Below, piece after piece: positions 45,340-55,559 of a DNA stretch of 64,000 nucleotides (positions are counted from its first letter, which is position 1; the number at the start of each line of letters is the position of its first letter). Source of the DNA: Congzhengia sp. Lineage in GTDB: Bacteria; Bacillota; Clostridia; UBA1381; UBA9506. Below the pieces are notes generated by a model. That model was given only the letters and a program-made list of their open reading frames with translations. It made no database searches and was not told the DNA's origin. The translations under genes were made by a program, and so were the position numbers. The stretch spans positions 28,546 through 92,545 of the forward strand of contig JAZNSC010000008.1 of the NCBI GenBank assembly GCA_045591015.1. The letters are read 5' to 3'.

Positions 45340-47925
45340 ATGTTTAAAGCAAAAAAACTGACATCTTTCATTTTAGCAGCATTGATGATGGCAACCTTTG
45401 CCGTAACATCATTTGCATCAGTTCCTCAGGATGCACAAAATTCTAAGTACAAAGAAGCAATAGAACTCTTAGGTGCATTAGAAATCATGGTAGGCGATGC
45501 AGAGTCAGGCGCTTTTCGTCCTGAAGACACAATCAGACGTTCAGAATTTGCCAAAGTTGCAGTAATGGCAATGGGCATGGAAAAAATCGCAGACAGTTCA
45601 ACACATCCCACCAAATTCCCTGACGTAGTGGACAACCACTGGGCAAACGGCTACATCAACGTAGCAACAAATCAGGGCATTATCATTGGTGACGATGCGG
45701 GTAATTTCCGTCCTGACGATACAATCACATACGCCGAAGCGGCAACAGTGCTTGTACGTTTAATCGGACATTCTCCCGTAGCAGAAAGAAAAGGCGGCTT
45801 CCCCCAGGGTTATGTGGCGGTAGCGGCACAGACAGGCATTACAAAAAATGCAATAGCATCTAACGACACACCCGTTGTTCGTGGTATGGTAGCGCAGATG
45901 ACAGCCAATGCATTAGTTACCAAGAAAATGGAACAGACAAGTTTCGGTAGTGACGAATCCTTTGAAGTAGTAGACAAAACTTTACTTGACGACGAACTTT
46001 CAACCGAAATCATTTATGACCAGGTTACAGCAGTTGGCACAAGTGCGCTGACAGGCTCATCTTCATTGAAAAAAGATGAAGCAAAAATCGGTACAGAAGT
46101 ATACGAAGTAGCAGATAAAGCACTTTTAGACGTAAGAAAACTTTTAGGCTTTAATGTAGAAGCCTATGTAAGAGAAGACACTTACGGCGACAAAACTCTT
46201 ATATTAGCAAGAGAACAAAAAGGCAAAAACTCATCTGTAAAAATCGGCACAACAGATATCAAAGACATAACAGAAGATACAACAATCACAGTAGAGTATT
46301 GGCCTGATGCAGACAACAAAAAGGACACAGAAGAAGCAGTAATTGCAGATGATGCAAAATACCTCTACAACGGTCAGGCAATTGCAAAAGACGTATCAGA
46401 ACTTCGTCCTGAAGCAGGTTCACTTACACTTTTGGACCGTGACCGCGACGATATTTACGATGTAGTATTTATCGAAGAATACGAAAACTATGTAGTAGAA
46501 GAAGTAATCGCATCAAGTAACCGTGTAACAGACAAATACGGCAAACCCTCTTTAGTATTAGACCCCAAAAACGAAGATGTAAAATTCGTAATCACACGTG
46601 GCGGTCAGGAAATAAAGCTTTCAGACCTTAACGAATGGGACGTATTGTCAGTAGCAAAGAGCAAAGACTCATCAGTAGTAATCGTAGAAGTAACATCAGA
46701 AAAAGTAGTAGGTAAAGTAACAGAACTTCACGGTGATAAATTTGTAATCGACGGTAAAGAATACGCAGTTGCGGCAAACTACACCGATGATATCAACTTA
46801 AACGATGAGGGCACATTCTACCTTGATAAAGATGGTAACATCGCAGCAGTAGATGCAACATCTGCACTTTCTTCAAATTACGCATACCTTACAGCAGCCG
46901 AAATGACAACAGGCTTTGACAAGCGTCTTGAAATCGAAGTCTTTGACAAATCAGGTAAGGTAGAAGTATTAAAAACAGCCAAAAAAATAAGATTAAATAC
47001 AGCAACAAACAAAACACCTCAGGAAGTGTTTGACGCATTAAAAACAGAGGGCACAATCCAGCCTATGCTTATCACTTACGAATTAAACAGTGACGGCGAA
47101 ATTTCAAAGATAAGCACAGCAACAGATAAAACCTCAGGCGGAATCGATAAAGACGTATTCTCACTTAACGCACAGGGTACACTCAAATACCGTGAATCAG
47201 CTAAAAAACTCGGTATGTACAATGTAGACGAAAGCACAATCGTGTTTGACATTCCTGCAGGGGAAACAGATGCAAAGAAATATTCCGTAACAACAGCAGA
47301 ACTTTTTGAAGATAACACAGATTACGATGTATTGGTGTTTGACGTTCGCGAGGACTTAACAGCAGGCGTTGTAATTGTTACAAATTCAACAGGCATTGCA
47401 AACTTAGAGGCATCAGCAGTTATCGTTGAAAAGATTGCAACATTCTTAAACGAAGATGACCAGAGAGTAGAAAAACTCTACGCCTTTGTTGACGGCGAAA
47501 GAAAAACATTTGTAACAGCAGAAGAGGGCGTACTTGTTAACGGCGACGGAGTAAAACTTTCTGCCGGCGACATCCTCCAGCTTAAAACAAACGCAAAGGA
47601 TGAAATCGAAGATATCAGAATTCTCTTTGAAGCAGCCGACAAAGAAACAGAAGTAAAACAGACAATCAGCGAAGATTTAGTTACAGTTTACGGTAAGGTT
47701 ACGAAGAAATTCGCAAATTCAATCAACGTATCTGTTAACGGCGGAGCAGTAGAAAACTACTCGATCACAGGCGCTACAGTTTACGAATTTGATTCAAGCG
47801 AAGATGTTAACCCCGTAACAGTTGCCGAAGCAGGTGACATCACACAGTACGATGAATTAGATGTAAGCCGAGTATTTATAAGAATTTATAAAGACCAGGT
47901 AAAAGAAATCGTAATCGTAAGATAA
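45340..47925 (+). CDS. S-layer protein (signal peptide + three N-terminal SLH domains + large T/E/D/K-rich body)
   Basis: AAGGAGG RBS. SLH repeats 'AFRPEDTIRRSEFAKVAV', 'FPDVVDNHWANGYINVATNQGIIIGDDAGNFRPDDTITYAEAATVLVRL' and 'GGFPQGYVAVAAQTGI'. Confidence 0.85.
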   Translation: MFKAKKLTSFILAALMMATFAVTSFASVPQDAQNSKYKEAIELLGALEIMVGDAESGAFRPEDTIRRSEFAKVAVMAMGMEKIADSSTHPTKFPDVVDNHWANGYINVATNQGIIIGDDAGNFRPDDTITYAEAATVLVRLIGHSPVAERKGGFPQGYVAVAAQTGITKNAIASNDTPVVRGMVAQMTANALVTKKMEQTSFGSDESFEVVDKTLLDDELSTEIIYDQVTAVGTSALTGSSSLKKDEAKIGTEVYEVADKALLDVRKLLGFNVEAYVREDTYGDKTLILAREQKGKNSSVKIGTTDIKDITEDTTITVEYWPDADNKKDTEEAVIADDAKYLYNGQAIAKDVSELRPEAGSLTLLDRDRDDIYDVVFIEEYENYVVEEVIASSNRVTDKYGKPSLVLDPKNEDVKFVITRGGQEIKLSDLNEWDVLSVAKSKDSSVVIVEVTSEKVVGKVTELHGDKFVIDGKEYAVAANYTDDINLNDEGTFYLDKDGNIAAVDATSALSSNYAYLTAAEMTTGFDKRLEIEVFDKSGKVEVLKTAKKIRLNTATNKTPQEVFDALKTEGTIQPMLITYELNSDGEISKISTATDKTSGGIDKDVFSLNAQGTLKYRESAKKLGMYNVDESTIVFDIPAGETDAKKYSVTTAELFEDNTDYDVLVFDVREDLTAGVVIVTNSTGIANLEASAVIVEKIATFLNEDDQRVEKLYAFVDGERKTFVTAEEGVLVNGDGVKLSAGDILQLKTNAKDEIEDIRILFEAADKETEVKQTISEDLVTVYGKVTKKFANSINVSVNGGAVENYSITGATVYEFDSSEDVNPVTVAEAGDITQYDELDVSRVFIRIYKDQVKEIVIVR

Positions 47926-47977
47926 TTTAAGCCGACCATATTTAAAAATATTTCACACCATGTTTTTCACACAAAAA

Positions 47978-48012
47978 AACAGCGGGCAGTTTTACTGCTC
48001 GCTGTTTTCTTT
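47978..48012. terminator. bidirectional terminator overlapping the 3' end of the minus-strand membrane-protein gene
   Basis: 13-bp stem AACAGCGGGCAGT/ACTGCTCGCTGTT (one G-U pair) flanked by A7 and a T-rich tail. Confidence 0.75.
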
Positions 48013-48792
48013 TTCTTCGTCTATTACAGGTATGAATTTTTTGGCGAAATTCCCTCTGCCGCGGTTCTTTATATAAAAGAATCCGATAATACTAAAAATT
48101 ATTGCACCAACAAAATTAACTAATAGGTCTTTCATAGTGTCGATAAGACCGATATCAAGGTACCCCCCAAGACCTAAATCACGACCATTTACTGTAACTG
48201 AAGTTATACCGGAAATTGTCTGGGGAATGTTGCGCATTTGGGGGTCTAAGGTTACAGAATTTATAGTATTTACAACAAAGTCCTTTTGCATATCTTTACC
48301 CAAGAACATATCGCACCCAAACTCAAAAAACTCCCATAATACGCCGATAGTCATAGAAAAGCAAAACGCCACAACTGCAAGATAAATAGGCGATAACTGA
48401 AACTTTATGTTGGGATTTCGGTTTATAATATCTAAAAGTGCAAAGCCGAATGCCGCAAACAAAAACCCGTTCAATGTGTGCAAAACCGTGTCCCAATAAG
48501 GTACTTTCATATAGTAGTTATGAATTTCACCCAATATTTCTGCCGAAAATATAAAAAGCAGTATAATAATTTCAAAGGTTGTAGGCAGGTCGATTTTTAG
48601 ACTCTTTTCAATAAAGGTCGGCACCAAAAACAAAACCAACGACAAAGCACAAACAAAGACGTTTTCGTATTCGCCGCGGACAGCCGCCATTACTAATGAT
48701 ATGATAACAAAAGTTCTCAATATAAGATAGACAATAAATTTTACTTTTTCCTTTTTTATGTCCTCTTTTGCCTGTTTTATAAATCCTGCCAT
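47992..48792 (-). CDS. conserved multi-pass membrane protein, function unknown
   Basis: AGAGGTG RBS 6 nt before ATG 48792 ('MAGFIKQAKE...'). Six or more hydrophobic helices. Confidence 0.75.
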   Translation of the reverse strand: MAGFIKQAKEDIKKEKVKFIVYLILRTFVIISLVMAAVRGEYENVFVCALSLVLFLVPTFIEKSLKIDLPTTFEIIILLFIFSAEILGEIHNYYMKVPYWDTVLHTLNGFLFAAFGFALLDIINRNPNIKFQLSPIYLAVVAFCFSMTIGVLWEFFEFGCDMFLGKDMQKDFVVNTINSVTLDPQMRNIPQTISGITSVTVNGRDLGLGGYLDIGLIDTMKDLLVNFVGAIIFSIIGFFYIKNRGRGNFAKKFIPVIDEEKENSEQ

Positions 48793-48851
48793 AACAAACA
48801 CCTCTTAAAAATTATTATTATAATTATATCTATAAAAAATATACACGTCAA

Positions 48852-48880
48852 TAAAAAAGGCTGTGCAATAGCACAGCCTT
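48852..48880 (-). terminator. rho-independent terminator of the HTH-cupin-acyl-CoA synthetase gene
   Basis: Stem AAGGCTGTGC/GCACAGCCTT with loop AATA and a T-run on the minus strand. Confidence 0.85.
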
Positions 48881-48890
48881 TACAAATTGT

Positions 48891-51173
48891 TTATTTTTTA
48901 CCGTTTTCACGAAGCTCAACTCTTCTGATTTTACCACTGATTGTCTTGGGAAGTTCATCCACAAATTCAACAATTCTCGGGTACTTATAAGGAGCAGTGT
49001 GAGTTTTTACATAGTCCTGAATTTCCTTTTTCAAATCGTCAGAAGCCTTTGTTCCTTTAGTGAGAACGATTGTAGCCTTTACAATCTGACCACGGATTTC
49101 GTCAGGAACAGCGGTAATAGCACATTCCAAAACGTAAGGCAACTCCATGATAACACTTTCGATTTCAAAGGGTCCGATACGATAGCCTGATGACTTGATA
49201 ACGTCATCGGAACGTCCTACATACCAAAGATAACCGTCCTCATCGCGCCAAGCAAGGTCGCCTGTGTGATAGATGTTGTTATCGTAGGATTTTTTGGTAG
49301 CCTCTTCGTCACGGTAATAACCCATATACAAACCGCAGGGAACTTTTTTATCTGTTTTAACAACGATTTCGCCTGTTTCGCCTACTGCTGCTGATGTACC
49401 GTCGTCTAAGATTACGTCAACATCGTACAAGGGACTGGGTTTACCCATTGAGCCCGGTTTGGGGTGCATACCCCAAAGGTTTGCAACAGTAAGGGTGGTT
49501 TCTGTCTGACCGAAGCCCTCCATAAGCTTTAAGCCTGTTGCTTTTTTCCACTGCTCATAAACTTCGGGATTCAGCGCCTCGCCTGCAACGGTAGAGTACT
49601 CGATACTTGTCAAATCATACTTTGACAAATCTTCTTTGATGAAGAAACGATACATTGTAGGAGGTGCGCAGAATGTGGTGATGTTGTATTTTGCAAACAT
49701 AGGCAAGATATCTTCTGCCGCGAATTTGTTGAAATCGTATACAAATACTGCAGCCTCGCACAACCACTGACCATAGAGTTTGCCCCAGAGAGCCTTACCC
49801 CAACCTGTATCAGAAATTGTAAAATGCACACCATCAGGGTTTACATTGTGCCAGTATTTTGCAGTGATGTAGTGACCCAAGGGGTACTTGTGGTCGTGTG
49901 TTGCGATTTTGGGGTAACCCGTTGTGCCTGATGTAAATAACATAAGCAGAGGGTCAGAACCGCAAGCAGAATCATCGCTTCTTTCGTAAACGTCAGAATA
50001 ACGTGTGATTTCTTTGTTAAAGTTGTGCCAGCTGGAACGACTGCCGCCAACCATGATTTTGGTTAAACTTTCGCCGTAATTTTTCTCTGCCAAATCAACC
50101 TGATGTGCAACATCGCCGTCAGCGGTACACACAATAGCAGAAACACCTGCAGCCTTAAAGCGGTAATCAAAATCGTGCTCAACCAAAAGGTTAGTAGCAG
50201 GGATTGCAATAGCACCGATTTTGTGAAGTGCAAGCATTGAGAACCAGAACTGGTAATGACGCTTCAGCACCAACATTACGCGGTCGCCTTTTTTGATACC
50301 TAAGGTTTCAAAATAGTTTGCCGTCATATTTGAGTATTTCTTCAAATCCGCGTATGTAAAGAGTGTTTCCTCTTTCTTTTCGGAAATGTGAATCATAGCC
50401 ACTTTATCAGGGCATTTTTCTGCTAATTTATCTACGCAGTCAAAAGCAAAGTTAAACTTTTCTTCGTTTTTGAAGTTGATTTCAAGAAGCGCACCTTTAT
50501 CGTCTTCTGTGCATTCGATAAAGTCTTTATGCACGTCGGGAACGGTTTTTCCTGCGACTTTCTTTGTAAATTCTTCTTCCTGCTGACGGAAATCATCGGT
50601 TTCTGATTCTTTCATAACCAAAGCATAGATTTCTACGTCTTTTCCGCCGTAGGCTTCGAGCTTGTGGGGGATAGTACTGTTGTAATAAATAGAATCTCCC
50701 GCCTCTAAAATCTGGGTATTGTTGCCGATTGTGATTTTAAGTTGACCTGAAATTACAATATCGAACTCCTGTCCCTTGTGTGAAGACGCGTCGTGCTTAT
50801 CGCCGTTTTCAACATAAGGTATAATTACACGAAAAGGCTCCGTGGTTTTATTTTTGAACATTGGGGCAAGGTTTTTGTACTCATTGCCTGCTTTTCTTGT
50901 AATGGGTAATCCGCCTCCGCGCTTTGTCACTTCAAAGCTTGTGAGTCTCGGACTTGTACCTTTTAAAAGGTCTGTGGGGTCTACGTTAAAGCACTTGGCA
51001 CACTTATAAATGAATGTAAAATCCATATCCTTTTCGCCGCTTTCGTAAGCCTTGTAGTCAGAAAGCGAAACGTCTGTGTTTTTAGCCATTATTTCTTGTG
51101 TTACTCCCAAGTCTTCTCTGGCATTTCTAATTCGTAACGCCACATCCTTTAAAGTATCATTGTTTTCAAACAT
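48891..51173 (-). CDS. fusion protein: XRE-type HTH + cupin domain + AMP-forming acyl-CoA synthetase (ACSM-like)
   Basis: AAGGAGG RBS. HTH 'LGVTQEIMAKNTDVSLSDYKAYESGE'. Cupin 'EFDIVISGQLKITIGN..QILEAGDSIYYNSTIPHKLE'. Adenylation motifs 'LMLFTSGTTGYPK', 'GYYRD', 'YHTGDLA', 'SGKIRR'. Confidence 0.85.
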   Translation of the reverse strand: MFENNDTLKDVALRIRNAREDLGVTQEIMAKNTDVSLSDYKAYESGEKDMDFTFIYKCAKCFNVDPTDLLKGTSPRLTSFEVTKRGGGLPITRKAGNEYKNLAPMFKNKTTEPFRVIIPYVENGDKHDASSHKGQEFDIVISGQLKITIGNNTQILEAGDSIYYNSTIPHKLEAYGGKDVEIYALVMKESETDDFRQQEEEFTKKVAGKTVPDVHKDFIECTEDDKGALLEINFKNEEKFNFAFDCVDKLAEKCPDKVAMIHISEKKEETLFTYADLKKYSNMTANYFETLGIKKGDRVMLVLKRHYQFWFSMLALHKIGAIAIPATNLLVEHDFDYRFKAAGVSAIVCTADGDVAHQVDLAEKNYGESLTKIMVGGSRSSWHNFNKEITRYSDVYERSDDSACGSDPLLMLFTSGTTGYPKIATHDHKYPLGHYITAKYWHNVNPDGVHFTISDTGWGKALWGKLYGQWLCEAAVFVYDFNKFAAEDILPMFAKYNITTFCAPPTMYRFFIKEDLSKYDLTSIEYSTVAGEALNPEVYEQWKKATGLKLMEGFGQTETTLTVANLWGMHPKPGSMGKPSPLYDVDVILDDGTSAAVGETGEIVVKTDKKVPCGLYMGYYRDEEATKKSYDNNIYHTGDLAWRDEDGYLWYVGRSDDVIKSSGYRIGPFEIESVIMELPYVLECAITAVPDEIRGQIVKATIVLTKGTKASDDLKKEIQDYVKTHTAPYKYPRIVEFVDELPKTISGKIRRVELRENGKK

Positions 51174-51206
51174 TACATATCCTCCTTCTTAAAATATTTT
51201 TTTATA

Positions 51207-52235
51207 TTACAGTAAATCTGCAATGTCTAAAATTAGTTTTTCTGTTTTTTCCCAACCAAGACAGGGGTCGGTAATTGATTTTCCGTAGATACCTTCTTCA
51301 ATCTTCTGTGCGCCGTCTTCAATGTAGCTTTCAATCATAAAGCCTTTTACCATGCTGTTAATTTCTTCCGAATGACGCATACTGTGAAGTACCTCTTTAC
51401 AAATTCTAATCTGCTGGAGATATTGCTTGTTGGAATTTGCGTGGTTGGCATCAATTATTACTGCCATATTTTCAAGATTTTTCTCTTTATATTCGTGATA
51501 AAGTCTAATCAAATCCTCAAAGTGATAGTTGGGAAGTGACTGACCGTGCTTGTTTACATAGCCTCTTAATATCGCGTGAGAATAGGGGTTACCCATAGAT
51601 TCTACTTCCCATGCACGATAAATGAAGGTGTGCTGATGCTGTGCTGCTGTAATAGAGTTAAGCATTACGGAGTAGTCACCACTGGTGGGGTTTTTCATAC
51701 CTACGGGAACATTCATGCCGCTGGCTACCAATCTGTGCTGCTGATTCTCAACAGAACGTGCACCTACTGCAACGTATGACAATAAATCTGAAAGATAAAG
51801 CCAATTCTCAGGGTAAAGCATTTCATCGGCACAGAAGAAGCCTGTTTCTTTTATAACGTCCAAGTGCGCCTTTCTTATAGCAATAAGGCCGTGGAGCATA
51901 TCAGCCTTCTTTGTGGGGTCGGGCTGATGGAGCATACCCTTGTAGCCGTCGCCTGTTGTACGGGGCTTGTTTGTATATACTCTGGGTATAATCAAAATCT
52001 TATCTTTAACTTTTTCCTGAATTTTTGCTAATCTTTTGCAATAGTCCAAAAGAGCATTTTCGTTGTCTGCAGAGCAGGGACCGATGATGAGTAAAAATTT
52101 ATCGGATTTGCCTGCGAAAATGTCTTTTATTTCGCTATCAAATTTTTCTTTTTTAGCAGTAAATTCTGCGGGCAATGGGTACCTTTCCTTTATTTCTTCG
52201 GGTGTAGGAATTGCACCGACAAATTTCATTCTCAT
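51207..52235 (-). CDS. 3-deoxy-7-phosphoheptulonate (DAHP) synthase, class I
   Basis: AGGAGAG RBS before ATG 52235 ('MRMKFVGAIPTPEEIK...'). 'LLIIGPCS', 'RVYTNKPRT..GYKG', 'IDANHANS'. The 5' extension of the ORF to 52394 runs through a terminator. Confidence 0.85.
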   Translation of the reverse strand: MRMKFVGAIPTPEEIKERYPLPAEFTAKKEKFDSEIKDIFAGKSDKFLLIIGPCSADNENALLDYCKRLAKIQEKVKDKILIIPRVYTNKPRTTGDGYKGMLHQPDPTKKADMLHGLIAIRKAHLDVIKETGFFCADEMLYPENWLYLSDLLSYVAVGARSVENQQHRLVASGMNVPVGMKNPTSGDYSVMLNSITAAQHQHTFIYRAWEVESMGNPYSHAILRGYVNKHGQSLPNYHFEDLIRLYHEYKEKNLENMAVIIDANHANSNKQYLQQIRICKEVLHSMRHSEEINSMVKGFMIESYIEDGAQKIEEGIYGKSITDPCLGWEKTEKLILDIADLL

Positions 52236-52373
52236 AATATACTCTCCTAAACGTAAAATTGCTGATATTACGATATTAACATATAGAAAATACCGTGTCA
52301 AACAAATTTTGCTATTTTTTATTCTAAAAGCAAAAAACAGCAACATTTCTTTCATAACTTTTGCTTTTAGAGC

Positions 52374-52407
52374 GAGAAAAAAAGGCTGTGGCATTGCCTC
52401 AGCCTTT
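52374..52407 (-). terminator. rho-independent terminator after the DUF1292 gene
   Basis: Stem AGGCTG..GGCA/TGCC..CAGCCT with a T-run on the minus strand. Confidence 0.75.
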
Positions 52408-52418
52408 ATATACGAATC

Positions 52419-52721
52419 TTACTCGAAATCGTATTCATCACTCATGCGGTTTTTGAATTCTTCGTAAGCTGCATCGAGCTCTGCTTCGTCTTCGATGGGA
52501 AGTAAGGTTTCGGAGCCGTCTTCTTCTACTTTTAATGTGTAGATTAAGACCTCGTCGCAATCCTCGTCACCCTCGTCAGCAGGAAGCAATACCACATAAA
52601 CCTCACCATTAAATTCAAAAGAATCAAGGTGTAAGAAATTGTGATGTTCGCCGTCTTCGTTAACCATTGTAACGAGACCCTCTTCCTCTTCGGGAATGTT
52701 GTTGTTTATATTTTCTGCCAT
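52419..52721 (-). CDS. DUF1292-family acidic protein
   Basis: 'VTMVNEDGEHHNFLHLDSFEFNGEVYVVLLP' followed by an acidic tail. AAGGAGG RBS. Confidence 0.8.
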   Translation of the reverse strand: MAENINNNIPEEEEGLVTMVNEDGEHHNFLHLDSFEFNGEVYVVLLPADEGDEDCDEVLIYTLKVEEDGSETLLPIEDEAELDAAYEEFKNRMSDEYDFE

Positions 52722-52735
52722 TTTATTTCCTCCTT

Positions 52736-55363
52736 TTAAGCACCGAAAGCCTTAAGACTTTCTTCTACCTGAATGAGCATTTGCTTATATTTTTCACCTT
52801 TTGCCTTTTCTTCTTCTACAACGTGAGCAGGAGCCTTTGCCACAAATCCCTCGTTTGAAAGCTTACCCTCAACACGTTTGATTTCGCCGATGAGCTTTTT
52901 CTGCTCTTCTTTTAATCTTGCGATTTCTTTTTCAGCATCAACCAACTCGCCCATAGGCATATAAATCTGTGCGCCGTCAACGATAACTGCAACGTAGGTA
53001 TCATCAATACCCGACTTTTCTGCTGTAACCGTAACAGAAGCCGCACTTGCAAGTTTTGTAAAGAATACACTGCCGCTTTCAAAAACATCCACATTATCTG
53101 TCACGATAACCATACTTGCCTTTTTAGAGGGCGGAATGTTCATTTCTGCGCGCTTGTTTCTTACTGCCTTTACGGCGTTCATAATCATTTCCATCTGTGA
53201 TGCTTCTTCAGGGAATGAAAGGGCATCACTTGCCTTCGGCCAGTCAGATATCACGATGCTTTCGCCCTCGTGGGGTAGTGAGAGCCAGATTTCTTCTGTG
53301 ATAAAGGGCATAAAGGGATGTAATAGCTTTAATGTGTTCGAAAGCACATAAGATAATACATACTGCGCTGTTTCGTTTGTGGGGTCGTTTTCATCGTAAA
53401 GACGAGGCTTTACAAGTTCGATGTACCAGTCACAGAACACATCCCAGATAAAGTCATATAACTTTGCAACAGCAACGCCAAGCTCGAACTTATCGAGGTT
53501 TTCTGTAACTTCTTCTACTAATTTATTGTACTTGGTTAAAATCCACTTATCTTCAATGCAAAGGTTTTCGGGAACTTTGAGTTCGGAGATGTTTAAATTC
53601 ATCTGCACAAAACGTGATGCGTTCCAGATTTTATTTGCAAAGTTTCTGCTTGCGGTAACCTTTTCTACGGAGTAACGCATATCGTTACCGGGTGAGTTAC
53701 CTGTAGCAAGTGTAAAGCGGAGAGCGTCAGCACCAAATTCTTCGATAACTTCTAATGGGTCAACGCCGTTGCCTAAAGATTTACTCATCTTTCTGCCCTG
53801 GGCGTCACGAACAAGACCGTGAATTAAAACGTGTTTAAAGGGTTCTTTGCCCATATGCTCCATAGCAGAGAAAATCATTCTTGCTACCCAGAAGAAGATG
53901 ATGTCATAGCCTGTAACCAAAACACTTGTGGGGTAGAAGTACTCTAAATCTTCGGTTTTTTCAGGCCAACCAAGTGTTGAGAAGGGCCACAGCGCTGATG
54001 AGAACCAAGTATCTAAAACGTCCTCGTCCTGCTTTACCTTGCCGCCGCACTTGGGACATACTGTGATGTCGTCACGAGATACTGTTGTTTCGCCGCAATC
54101 CTCACAGTAGAAAGCAGGGATTCTGTGTCCCCACCACAACTGACGAGAAATACACCAATCGTGTACGTTTTCCATCCAGTTGATGTAGGTTTTTGAGAAT
54201 CTGTCAGGAACGAATTTTACTGTTCCGTCTTTTACAACTTCTAATGCTTTTTCAGCAAGAGGCTGCATTTTTACGAACCACTGCTTTGATGTGATAGGCT
54301 CAACAGTAGTTCCGCAACGGTAACACTGACCTACGTTATGTGTATGGTCTTTTACATTAACTAAAAGACCCTCTGCTTCTAAATCTGCAACCATCTGCTT
54401 TCTTGCTTCATAGCGGTCAAGACCTTCGTATTTTCCGCCGTAAGCATTTATGGTAGCATCGTCATTTAATACTTTAATTACTTCTAAATTGTGACGCTTG
54501 CCAACTTCGAAATCGTTGGGGTCGTGAGCAGGTGTGATTTTTACGCAACCTGTACCGAAGTCCTTGTCAACGTATTCGTCGGCAATAACGGGAATTTCGC
54601 GACCAACAAGGGGAAGTATAAGCATTTTGCCTACTAAATCCTTGTATCTTTCATCGTCAGGATGAACGGCAACCGCAGTATCACCAAGCATAGTTTCAGG
54701 TCTTGTGGTTGCAATTTCAACAAAGCCGTCAGAATCCTTGATGGGATACTTGATGTGCCAGAAATGTCCTGCCTGTTCTGCGTATTCTACCTCTGCATCA
54801 GACAATGCAGTAATACATTTAGGACACCAGTTTATGATACGGTTTCCCTGATAGATAAGCTCTTTTTCATATAATGATACAAAAACCTCGCGAACTGCCT
54901 TTGACAAGGTTTCGTCCATTGTGAAGCGCTCCCTTGACCAGTCACATGAACTGCCGAGCTTCTTTAACTGATTTATGATTCTTGAGCCGTAGAGCTTTTT
55001 CCAATCCCATACGCGCTCGATGAACTTTTCACGACCTAAATCGTAACGTGAAAGACCTTCTTCTTTTCTTAAAACCTCTTCCACCTTAACCTGTGTCGCG
55101 ATACCTGCGTGGTCTGTGCCGGGTACCCAGAGGGCATTAAAGCCTGCCATACGCTTGTATCTTATTAAGATGTCCTGTAATGTTTCATCTAATGCATGTC
55201 CCATGTGAAGCTGACCTGTAACATTCGGGGGAGGTATTACAATAGTAAAAGGCTCCTTTGATTTATCAGCTTTAGGGGTGAAATAGCCGTTTTCTACCCA
55301 ACGGTTATAGAGTCTGTCTTCCACCTCTTTGGGATTATATGTTTTGTTGATTTGTTCAGCCAC
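52736..55363 (-). CDS. valS: valine--tRNA ligase
   Basis: GTG start after AGGAGGAAA. HIGH '[15 protein letters not shown]', KMSKS 'KMSKSLGN', and a C-terminal coiled coil. Confidence 0.95.
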   Translation of the reverse strand: MAEQINKTYNPKEVEDRLYNRWVENGYFTPKADKSKEPFTIVIPPPNVTGQLHMGHALDETLQDILIRYKRMAGFNALWVPGTDHAGIATQVKVEEVLRKEEGLSRYDLGREKFIERVWDWKKLYGSRIINQLKKLGSSCDWSRERFTMDETLSKAVREVFVSLYEKELIYQGNRIINWCPKCITALSDAEVEYAEQAGHFWHIKYPIKDSDGFVEIATTRPETMLGDTAVAVHPDDERYKDLVGKMLILPLVGREIPVIADEYVDKDFGTGCVKITPAHDPNDFEVGKRHNLEVIKVLNDDATINAYGGKYEGLDRYEARKQMVADLEAEGLLVNVKDHTHNVGQCYRCGTTVEPITSKQWFVKMQPLAEKALEVVKDGTVKFVPDRFSKTYINWMENVHDWCISRQLWWGHRIPAFYCEDCGETTVSRDDITVCPKCGGKVKQDEDVLDTWFSSALWPFSTLGWPEKTEDLEYFYPTSVLVTGYDIIFFWVARMIFSAMEHMGKEPFKHVLIHGLVRDAQGRKMSKSLGNGVDPLEVIEEFGADALRFTLATGNSPGNDMRYSVEKVTASRNFANKIWNASRFVQMNLNISELKVPENLCIEDKWILTKYNKLVEEVTENLDKFELGVAVAKLYDFIWDVFCDWYIELVKPRLYDENDPTNETAQYVLSYVLSNTLKLLHPFMPFITEEIWLSLPHEGESIVISDWPKASDALSFPEEASQMEMIMNAVKAVRNKRAEMNIPPSKKASMVIVTDNVDVFESGSVFFTKLASAASVTVTAEKSGIDDTYVAVIVDGAQIYMPMGELVDAEKEIARLKEEQKKLIGEIKRVEGKLSNEGFVAKAPAHVVEEEKAKGEKYKQMLIQVEESLKAFGA

Positions 55364-55559
55364 CGAACTTTCCTCCTAACCAAAAGAATATGATACAACC
55401 GATAATGACTAAAATAAGACCTGCTGATTTTGTAAGATAAACCGCCTTGTCGCAAGCTTCACTATCGGTGATTTTTTTCTTGATAAATACAGGTGCTACA
55501 AAATTGATTAAAGCACCAATCGCAATAAGTACGATAGAAATTATAGTAAATGTTTTCAT
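55356..55559 (-). CDS. small two-TM membrane protein (67 aa)
   Basis: AGGAGG RBS. Overlaps the pgsA stop by 4 nt and the valS start by 8 nt. Two hydrophobic helices. Confidence 0.6.
   Translation of the reverse strand: MKTFTIISIVLIAIGALINFVAPVFIKKKITDSEACDKAVYLTKSAGLILVIIGCIIFFWLGGKFGG

Noticed and set aside
52063-52467. 134-aa plus-strand ORF, and the 5' extension of the DAHP synthase ORF to 52394
   Set aside because: Both cross the minus-strand terminator at 52374..52407 and the aro promoter region. The DAHP synthase has a clear AGGAGAG RBS at ATG 52235, and the sequence upstream of it is hydrophobic nonsense.
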